Origin: an uncultured bacterium
Lineage (GTDB): Bacteria > Patescibacteriota > Minisyncoccia > Phycocordibacterales > UBA9973
DNA length: 53,977 nucleotides
NCBI GenBank assembly: GCA_903907175.1
Contig: CAIVNB010000036.1
Span: 1 to 53,977 of the forward strand
Direction: 5' to 3'
Shown here: piece after piece, positions 37,127-45,300 of the stretch
How the letters are laid out: every line of letters begins with the position of its first letter
How positions within the stretch are numbered: position 1 is the stretch's first letter
The notes under the pieces: model-generated
What the model was told of the DNA's origin: nothing
Seen by the model: the letters and a program-made list of their open reading frames with translations, nothing else
Database searches by the model: none
Translations under genes and position numbers: made by a program

Positions 37127-38101
37127 ATGCCTGAATATAAAATAATTATGCCTTCTAAACCCCGAGTTGTTTTAGAGGAAGGAGACAAGGGAGTTTTTGA
37201 GATAGATGGTTTGTATCCTGGTTATGGTCATACTTTAGGAAATAGTCTTAGAAGGATTATTCTTTCTTCACTACCAGGAGCCAGCGTTACATCGATTAAA
37301 ATCGATGGTATTTCTCATGAATTTTCTACAATAGAGGGGATAAAGGAAGATGTGATTACAATGATTTTGAATATTAAAAAGCTTCGTTTTAAGATTGCAT
37401 CTGATGAACCACAGACTGTTACTCTTTCAGTAAAGGGTCCTAAAAAAATTACAGGTGAAGATATAAAAGTAGGTGGTCAAGTTGAAATTTTAAATAAAGA
37501 TCAATATATTACAGAAATTACAGGTAAAGTAGGTCTTGATATAGAAATAAAAATTGAAAAGGGATTGGGTTTTATTCCTAAAGAAATTTTACAAAAAGAG
37601 AAAGTAGATATTGGTACAATCGCAGTTGACGCAATATTTACTCCAATACGCCGTGTTTCTTATGAAGTAGAAAATATGCGTGTTGGCGATAAGACGAACC
37701 ACAATCGTCTAAGAATTTCAATCGAGACAGACGGGACCTTGATTCCTCGCGAAGCCTTAACTCGTTCAATAGAGATAATGATTAATCAGCTTAAGGCTAT
37801 TGTTGATTTTAAAGAAGAAGAAAAAATTATAATTGAAGAAAAAGAAATAAAAATTAAAGGAAAAGAAAAGGAAGAAGAGAAATCTGAAGATGATTTTTCA
37901 GATATATTAAAGACAAGAACAGATAATTTAGATTTATCAACAAGAACATTAAATGCTCTTACTGCAGCTAACATCAGGACGCTTGGAGGATTGGCAAGAA
38001 AGAGAAGAGAAGATTTACTTGAAGTAGAGGGTATAGGAGAAAAAGGTATTAATGAAATTAAAAAAGTTTTGGGTAAATACGGTTTTAATTTGAAAGAATA
38101 A
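37127..38101 (+). CDS. rpoA: RNA polymerase alpha subunit
   Basis: GYGHTLGNSLRRIILSS, HEFSTIEGIKED, DAIFTPI and alpha-CTD LSTRTLNAL. Confidence 0.98.
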   Translation: MPEYKIIMPSKPRVVLEEGDKGVFEIDGLYPGYGHTLGNSLRRIILSSLPGASVTSIKIDGISHEFSTIEGIKEDVITMILNIKKLRFKIASDEPQTVTLSVKGPKKITGEDIKVGGQVEILNKDQYITEITGKVGLDIEIKIEKGLGFIPKEILQKEKVDIGTIAVDAIFTPIRRVSYEVENMRVGDKTNHNRLRISIETDGTLIPREALTRSIEIMINQLKAIVDFKEEEKIIIEEKEIKIKGKEKEEEKSEDDFSDILKTRTDNLDLSTRTLNALTAANIRTLGGLARKRREDLLEVEGIGEKGINEIKKVLGKYGFNLKE

Positions 38102-38110
38102 TATATATTT

Positions 38111-38464
38111 ATGAGACACCATAATACTAAAAGAAAATTTGGAAGAGAGAAAAATCAAAGGAATGCGTTGATGAATTCATTGGCATTAAATTTGATAGTG
38201 CGTGAAAAAATAAAAACTACAGAACCAAAAGCGAAAGAACTTAGGCCTTTTATTGAAAAAATAATTACTCGTGCAAAAAAGGGGGACCTCGCTTCTCGTA
38301 GGTTGGTAATTTCTAAACTTTCAAATCGTAAAAAAGAAGTGAAAAAAGTTTTTGAAAAAATTGCTCCAAAATATGCCGACAAAAACGGAGGATACACTAG
38401 AATTTTAAAATTGGGAGCAAGAAAATCAGACGGAGCAAAGATGGCTATTATTGAGTTTATATAA
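38111..38464 (+). CDS. rplQ: 50S ribosomal protein L17
   Basis: MRH...KFGR, IKTTEPKAKE and GGYTRI. Confidence 0.97.
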   Translation: MRHHNTKRKFGREKNQRNALMNSLALNLIVREKIKTTEPKAKELRPFIEKIITRAKKGDLASRRLVISKLSNRKKEVKKVFEKIAPKYADKNGGYTRILKLGARKSDGAKMAIIEFI

Positions 38465-38468
38465 AAAT

Positions 38469-38834
38469 ATGAAAAATACAAAAAAACAAGAAAATAAAAT
38501 AATAGATGCGAAAGATAAGACACTAGGAAGAGTGTCAACTGAGATAGCAATGTCTTTGATGGGCAAGACAAGCGCCAAATTTGAACGCAATACATATTGT
38601 GGATTTCCTGTAAAAGTTATAAATTCAGGCAAAATAAAAATTACAGCTAAAAAATTAGATGAAATAGTTCACAAGAGATACTCAGGCATGAGAGGTGGGC
38701 TTCGAATCTTAAAAGGCACAGAAACACGTGAGAAAAAAGGAATGAAAGAATTAGTAAGATTAGCAACTTATCAAATGCTACCAGATAATAAAATAAGGAG
38801 AGAGATGATGAAAAATTTAACAATTGAGGAATAA
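38469..38834 (+). CDS. rplM: 50S ribosomal protein L13
   Basis: IDAKDKTLGR, LMGK, YSGMRGGL, MLPDNK; start moved to 38469. Confidence 0.94.
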   Translation: MKNTKKQENKIIDAKDKTLGRVSTEIAMSLMGKTSAKFERNTYCGFPVKVINSGKIKITAKKLDEIVHKRYSGMRGGLRILKGTETREKKGMKELVRLATYQMLPDNKIRREMMKNLTIEE

Positions 38835-38842
38835 TTAATATT

Positions 38843-39259
38843 ATGGAAAAGGAAAAAAAGATAACTAAAGAAAAATTCATCGAAGCAGTTGGAAGAAGAA
38901 AAACTTCTACTGCTCGTGTACGCATCACAAGCTCTAGTAAACCAAGTTTCATCGTAAATGGGAAAGACGCAAAGGAATATTTTAAGACTGAAGAACAGCG
39001 TCGTTTAATACAAGACCCTATCGCTAAAGTTAAACCTGGGAGTAAATGGGAGGTGGAAGTAAGAGTAAAAGGTGGGGGAATACACTCACAGGCAGAAGCT
39101 GTACGACATGGCCTTGCTCGAGCTCTAGTCGGAGGAGAGTTAGAGTTAAGGGGAAAAATGAAGACATTGGGATATTTAAAGAGAGATCCAAGAGCAAAAG
39201 AACGAAGAAAGTTCGGATTGAAAAAAGCTCGCAAAGCTCCTCAGTGGTCTAAACGTTAA
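38843..39259 (+). CDS. rpsI: 30S ribosomal protein S9
   Basis: GRRKTSTARV, GGGIHSQA and KARKAPQWSKR. Confidence 0.98.
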   Translation: MEKEKKITKEKFIEAVGRRKTSTARVRITSSSKPSFIVNGKDAKEYFKTEEQRRLIQDPIAKVKPGSKWEVEVRVKGGGIHSQAEAVRHGLARALVGGELELRGKMKTLGYLKRDPRAKERRKFGLKKARKAPQWSKR

Positions 39260-39267
39260 AATATATA

Positions 39268-39294
39268 AAAATCCCCCTATTAGGGGGATTTTTT
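39268..39294 (+). terminator. Terminator of the ribosomal protein operon
   Basis: AAAATCCCCCTA / TAGGGGGATTTT. Confidence 0.85.
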
Positions 39295-39325
39295 GGATAT
39301 TTAATAAATATGTTAAAATATGAGT

Positions 39326-39964
39326 ATGAAGAAAATGAATGATGAAATAGTAAAAAAAGATAAAAATAAAGAAAATGAACCTTCTCTAATTACAGAGGGC
39401 AGTCCTTCCGAAGTAGATAATTCTGAGGTTCTTGAATTTGAATTCAATGATGATGGAGAAGAAGACTTAAAAAAGACCATTAAAAAAATGCGTGCCGATT
39501 TAAATGCATGCAAGAAAGAAAAGGAAGAATATCTAATTGGTTGGCAAAAAGAACGAGCAGATTTTGTAAATTATAAAAAACAAGAAGAAGATAGAAAAGC
39601 TAACTTTTCGGAAAGCTTGCGTGAAAGAATCTTGACTCGGTTTTTGACCGTTGCGGATAGTTTCAATATGGCATTTGCAAATCGTGAAGCATGGGAGAAA
39701 GTAGATGAAAATTGGAGGAAAGGAGTGGAATATATTTATACTCAAATGAACACGATCTTTGAAGAATATGGGGTTAAAAGTATTGGTGAGACAGGGGAAA
39801 GCTTTGATCACAATATTCATCATTCTATAGAGATGGTTTTTACAGATAAAAAAGAAGATGATCATAAAATTGCAGAAGTTATTCAAAAAGGATATAAATT
39901 AGGGGATAGAGTAATTCGTCCCGCTCGAGTGAATGTATTTGAGTATCATGAATCAGGGAACTAA
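39326..39964 (+). CDS. grpE: Nucleotide exchange factor GrpE
   Basis: RADFVNYKK, GESFDHNIH, QKGYKLGDRVIRPARV; start 39326 lies 6 nt after TGtTAAAAT. Confidence 0.95.
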   Translation: MKKMNDEIVKKDKNKENEPSLITEGSPSEVDNSEVLEFEFNDDGEEDLKKTIKKMRADLNACKKEKEEYLIGWQKERADFVNYKKQEEDRKANFSESLRERILTRFLTVADSFNMAFANREAWEKVDENWRKGVEYIYTQMNTIFEEYGVKSIGETGESFDHNIHHSIEMVFTDKKEDDHKIAEVIQKGYKLGDRVIRPARVNVFEYHESGN

Positions 39965-41642
39965 AAGATGCAAGAATTGCGAACAGAACTTTCTCATAGA
40001 GACTGAAGATTTTAATTTTTACGAAAAAATAAAAGTTCCACCACCTACTTGGTGTCCGGATTGTCGTCAGCAACGACGTTATGCCTGGCGAAACGAGCGT
40101 ATTTTATATCGCAGAGATTGTGATCTTTGTGGTAAGAGTACCGTTACTATTTATTCACCGAATAAGAATTTAAAAGTATATTGTATAAATTGCTGGTGGG
40201 GAGATGGCTGGGACCCTGCTTCTTATGGTAGGGATTTTGATTTTTCGCGTACCTTTTTTGAACAATTTAAAGAGCTTCAAACTGATGTTCCTAGAATTGC
40301 AGTATTTAATAAAAATAATATAAATTCTGATTACACAAATCATTCTGGTGACAACAAGAACACTTATTTATCTTCTTGTGCCTTTCGCGATGAAGATGTC
40401 ATGTATTCAAATTGGATTATGAAATCAAGAAATTGTATGGATTGTAGTTATATTTATGAAAGCGGAGAAACGCTATATGAATGTATTGATTCAAGAAAAT
40501 CTTACGAATGTCAGTATGGATTTTTATTAGAAAATTGTATGAATAGTTTTTATTGCTACGATTGCCATAATTGCAATAATTGCTTTATGTCTTCTAATTT
40601 ACGTAATAAAAATTACGTCTTTAAGAATAAACAATATTCTCGTGAGGAATATATAGAAAAAGTGAAGGAATATAATTTAAGCTCATACAAAACTCGTGAA
40701 AAATTGTACAAAGAATTTATAGATCTAATGAAATATGATTCTGTGCATAGATATGTTGTAAGTGAAAGAAATGTAAATTGTGATGGTAGTATGCTTTTTA
40801 ATAGTAAGAATACAAAAATTTGTTTTGATTCAGACTATGTTGAAGATTCAAAATATATTTATTCAGTTACATCATTAAAATCTTCTATGGATTTATATCA
40901 TATAGGTTGGGGTACAGAACTTGCATATGAAATACATGGAAGTAAAGGTTATTACAATTGCCAATTTTGTAATCATAGTGCTGATAATACAAACATGATG
41001 TATTCTGATTCTTGCCAAAATTGTGAAAATCTTTTTGGTTGTATATCTGTTAAAAAAGGTAAGTATATGATCTTGAATAAAAAATATGAAAAAAAAGAGT
41101 ATGAAGTTTTAAGAGAAAAAATTATTGAACATATGAAAAATACCGGAGAATTTGGAGAATTTTTTCCACCAAATATTTCACCATTTTGTTACAATGAAAC
41201 TCAGGGGAATTATTATATGCCACTAACAAAAGAAGAAGTTTTGGAGCGTGGTTGGAAGTGGGAAGAAAAAATTCCTGGAGTATTTGGAAAGGAAAATATT
41301 AAGGGAGAAGATATCCCAGATAAGATTGAAGAAGTGGGTGAAGATGTATACAAAAAAATATTCAAATGTATTGATTGTACTAAAAATTATAATATTGTTC
41401 CTGATGAATTTTCTTTTTACAAAAGAGAAAAAATTCCGTTACCTAGACGTTGTCCTGAATGTAGATACAAAAAAAGATTTGCAATTCGAAGCCCACGCAA
41501 ACTTTGGCACAGAAGTTGTATGTGTGAAAAAAAGAATCATGATCACGCAGAAAAATGTAAAACAGAATTTGAAACTCCTTATTGTCCTGACAAGGAAGAG
41601 AAAGTATTTTGTGAAGAATGCTACAACAAAGAAATTTACTAA
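39948..41642 (+). CDS. Cys-rich Zn-ribbon repeat protein (CPR-type), paralogue 2
   Basis: Same architecture as 13769-15487 (EDFNFYEKIKVPPPT identical); likely ATG 39948 overlaps the grpE 3' end. Confidence 0.85.
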   Translation: MNQGTKRCKNCEQNFLIETEDFNFYEKIKVPPPTWCPDCRQQRRYAWRNERILYRRDCDLCGKSTVTIYSPNKNLKVYCINCWWGDGWDPASYGRDFDFSRTFFEQFKELQTDVPRIAVFNKNNINSDYTNHSGDNKNTYLSSCAFRDEDVMYSNWIMKSRNCMDCSYIYESGETLYECIDSRKSYECQYGFLLENCMNSFYCYDCHNCNNCFMSSNLRNKNYVFKNKQYSREEYIEKVKEYNLSSYKTREKLYKEFIDLMKYDSVHRYVVSERNVNCDGSMLFNSKNTKICFDSDYVEDSKYIYSVTSLKSSMDLYHIGWGTELAYEIHGSKGYYNCQFCNHSADNTNMMYSDSCQNCENLFGCISVKKGKYMILNKKYEKKEYEVLREKIIEHMKNTGEFGEFFPPNISPFCYNETQGNYYMPLTKEEVLERGWKWEEKIPGVFGKENIKGEDIPDKIEEVGEDVYKKIFKCIDCTKNYNIVPDEFSFYKREKIPLPRRCPECRYKKRFAIRSPRKLWHRSCMCEKKNHDHAEKCKTEFETPYCPDKEEKVFCEECYNKEIY

Positions 41643-41654
41643 AAACTATAAACA

Positions 41655-41683
41655 AAAAACCTGACAATTTTGTCAGGTTTTTT
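41655..41683. terminator. Bidirectional terminator
   Basis: AAAAACCTGACAA / TTGTCAGGTTTTT between convergent genes. Confidence 0.85.
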
Positions 41684-41691
41684 GATGTTTT

Positions 41692-41961
41692 CTAGTCGTT
41701 CATGTGGATAACTTTTAGTTTATAGAATTTTGGTTTTTCAGGCTCCACATTTGCCTTCTTTTTGGGGGCACGGATAGGCTTCTCTCCAGACTCGATTTGT
41801 TTGATAATTTTCTCTAAATCTTCAGCTAAGTAGACTCGATAATTGTTTATTGGGTGTCTTTTTGCAACTAGCTTTCCATCTCTATCCCAGTTGCGAAGAG
41901 TGAGTTTTGAGACTCCAAGCATAGCTCCCGCATCTTTTATATTTATAAATTTCTTCTCCAT
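41692..41961 (-). CDS. Small MerR-type HTH DNA-binding protein
   Basis: IKDAGAMLGVSKLTLRNWDRDGKL..RHPINNYRVY; start at 41961 lies 6 nt after TATACT, with TTGTCT 17 nt further upstream. Confidence 0.88.
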   Translation of the reverse strand: MEKKFINIKDAGAMLGVSKLTLRNWDRDGKLVAKRHPINNYRVYLAEDLEKIIKQIESGEKPIRAPKKKANVEPEKPKFYKLKVIHMND

Positions 41962-42181
41962 AAGGATAGTATACATTGATAAACATTACTAGACAAGTGG
42001 AAAACTTTTCAATCTTTATTAATGTTTCGAAAATATTTTGTTTTTTTAATTTTTATTTCCTTAAGTATGTTTTTTTAGGTTTCAAAATGAGTTTGAGAGT
42101 TATTCTAATAGAAATTGGAGAACTTTTGAGCCAGTATTTCTAACATAAAAATGAATATATTTTTCTATATATTTTATTTTA

Positions 42182-42213
42182 AAACACTCATAAATCACGA
42201 TTTATGAGTGTTT
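42182..42213. promoter_or_regulatory. Perfect 15-bp inverted repeat in the divergent intergenic region (candidate operator)
   Basis: AAACACTCATAAATC-AC-GATTTATGAGTGTTT. Confidence 0.55.
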
Positions 42214-42307
42214 AGATTCCTCTTTTAATTTTTATTAAAAAACACCAAAATACCTGGGTTTTATTGTTGTTAAAGGTTTTTCGTTAGTTTATAATATATA
42301 GGTAAAT

Positions 42308-45300
42308 ATGAGAAAATTTCTCCACGAAAAAATTAAATTTTTAAAAAATTCTACTATTTGGTTAATCGATAAAACGAACCTCGATTTTTTCTATCGTAGG
42401 CGAGTGCGTGATAAATTAAAACTTCTAGAAAACTTTAAGAATCAAAAAATTATCAACTTTAAAAATAAATTAACAACTAGCAATTATAAAAAAATGGAAA
42501 ACTTATTAAAACAAATAAATAGAAAAAGAAAAAATATATCTCAGCTATTTCGAGAAGTCAAAAAAATAAAAAGAGCCCAAGTTTTAGTTAGTCTTGTTTT
42601 AATTTTTTCTCTAGTTTCTTTTTTTTATAATCCTAAACTAGTTGAGGCTGCGGGGACAGTTAATATAACATATAGCACGAGTCCAGCTAAAACAGGAGTG
42701 GTTACTATTACGGCTACTTATTCTAAAGCAGTACCCCAGACTCCAAATATAAGCATCAACCAACCTGGATCAATAGATATTTCAAATCAACCAATGACAG
42801 GAAGTGGAACAACTTGGACTTATGACTATACTGTTAATTCTGCTAATGGTAGTACTTATATTGATGGCACAACTACAGTAACTTTATCTAATGAGTTTAC
42901 TCCAGCTGTTAGTGCAACAGGAGGGACAATTACATACACAGATTCTTCAGGATTAAATCCGAGATCCTCGCCAGCTTATTCTGGTGGTTATACGGTGCAT
43001 ACATTTATTACAGGAGGAACTTTTTCTGTTGTTTCAGCAGGAATAGTCGATGCCTTAATTGTTGCTGGTGGAGGTGGAGGTGGATATTATAATGGTGGAG
43101 GAGGTGGTGCAGGAGGAGTAATCTATAATACATCGTATTCTACAACAACTGGGAATATTACTATTACCGTGGGAACTGGGGGAGATGGTGGGGTGTCTGG
43201 AAATAATACATCTGCATACGGTAAAAATGGAGGAAATTCAGTATTTGCATCTTTAACTGCTTATGGTGGTGGTGGTGGAGATAATGCATATTATGGTCTA
43301 GGAGCAGGTAATGCAGGAGGTTCAGGTGGCGGAGGAAATGGTGGGGGAAGCGGAGAAACTGGACAAGGATACAGAGGAGGAAATTTTGCTGGAGGAGCTG
43401 TTAACGGAGGAGGTGGAGGAGCAGGAGGAATTGGGGGACAAAGTAATGGAGGAACGGGTATTAGTAATTCAATTTTAGGTTCTTCTAATGATTATGCTGG
43501 TGGAGGTGGGGGAGGTCAACTTGGATCAGGAAGTTATGGCGGAGGAAGTGGAGGAGGACAAGCCAAAACTCTTGCTACTGCTGGAACTGATGGGACAGGA
43601 GGAGGTGGTGGTGGAGGAGGAGGAGGATATGATCCCTACGCTATTGGAAGAAAAGGCGGTTCTGGAATAGTAATTGTAAGATATCCTACAGATGCTCAAA
43701 CTTTTAACGCTTCAAATAATACATTCTCAATTGATACGACCAGCCCAGCTCTTTCTGGAGCTACAATAGCATCTGTTACCGCTGACACTACACCTGACTT
43801 TACGTTTACTTCAAGTGAAGCAGGAACGATAAGTTACGGTGGTTCATGTTCTTCTGCTATCACTAGCGCAATTTCAGGTTCTAATACTGTAACTTTTAAT
43901 ACCCTTACAAACGGTACTTATAGTAATTGTACTGTGACGGTGACCGATGTTGCCACAAATGCTTCTACTGCTCTTTCTGTGCCGACGTTTTTAGTGGACT
44001 CTACGGCTTTAATACTTTCTTCAGGTACTCATGCTTATAATGCATATACTTGGTCAAATTATGCAAACGTTTATATTATCGGAGCAGCAAGTTTCCAAGG
44101 AGGGGCAAATGCTTTTAATTTTGGAGCAGCAAACTTATCTATCAAAAGTGGTGGATCACTTATTACCTTACCTTCAGCTACAACTGGATCTGGTGCAGTG
44201 GGAGTTACAATAAGTACCACAGGAAATATTACGATTGACTCTGGAGGTTCCATTAATGGAGCCGGAAGAGGTTATGCTGGTGGTGCAACAAGCTCTTCAG
44301 GTAAAGGAGAAGGTGCTGGAGCTTATGGACAATGGGAAGGTTCTAACGGAGCTTCTCATGGTGGAACAGGAGGAAAAGGAATATCAAATGGCGCAGTTGC
44401 TGCAACTTATGGATCTTCAACAAGTCCAGTGACTCTCGGTTCTGGTGGTGGTGGTTATGGTAATGGAAGTGGTGGAGCTGGAGGTGGAGCAATAAAATTA
44501 AGTACAAGTGGAATAGTGACAGTGAATGGAACTATATCTACAAATGGATCTAATGGTTCAGGCGGAGGAGGTGCGGGAGGAAGTGTTTGGATAGTTGCTG
44601 GAACTTTAATCGGTAGTAATGATGCAATTATTTCTGCCAATGGTGGAACTGGTGGTGGTTACAATGGTGGAGGTGGAGCAGGTAGAATAAAATTAGAAAC
44701 TACTGGAGTAGATACTTATGCTGGGTCTGTTAAGGTTGAAGGATCTCGGGGTCTTACTGCAGGAAATTCGGGAAGCATAGAAAGAACTGTTGGTACTCCT
44801 GGTACTATTACTATAGCTGCAGGTAAAACTGTAATTTGGACAAAAGGAGATCATACTTTTAATAATGTAATTATTGAATCGACTGGAGTGCTTTCTGGAG
44901 GACTTGCTGAAGCAGGAGGAACTGGTGCTTCTTATATGAGTTATTATTATGGTGGTGGAACTGGGCCAGGACGTTCTGGATTTGATAGTTCTGGTGGAGC
45001 AGGTCACGGTGGTGTGGGTGCAAGTGGAAATACTAGCCATAGTAGTTATGGTGCTGGTGGATCGACTTACGATTCAGCTACGGCTCCAGCTCTGACAGGT
45101 TCAGGCGGAGGCGGAGGAGATGGTGGCATATATGGTGGCTCTGGAGGAGGAGCAATAAAATTAACTATTACAGGTACATTAACTAATAATGGAAGTATCT
45201 TGGCAAATGCTACAGCGGGTACTGGAGGTGGTGGAGGTTCAGGGGGAAGTGTTTGGATTAATGCTCCGGGTGCTACTGTTACTGGGGCTGGTGTATATTC

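Noticed and set aside
38155..39234. Long antisense ORFs over ribosomal protein genes (and over dnaE, rsmE, CDF)
   Set aside because: Shadow ORFs opposite highly conserved genes with no recognisable motifs or expression signals.
35120..39259. Alpha operon detached from secY/adk and joined to rplM-rpsI
   Set aside because: A common rearrangement in reduced and Gram-positive-type genomes; not distinctive.
13769..41642. Diversity-generating retroelement acting on the Cys-rich or repeat genes
   Set aside because: No reverse transcriptase in the window and no template/variable repeat pair differing only at adenines was seen.
41692..41976. IS607-type transposon (MerR-like HTH N-terminus)
   Set aside because: No serine recombinase catalytic domain and no tnpB adjacent; treated as a stand-alone HTH protein.
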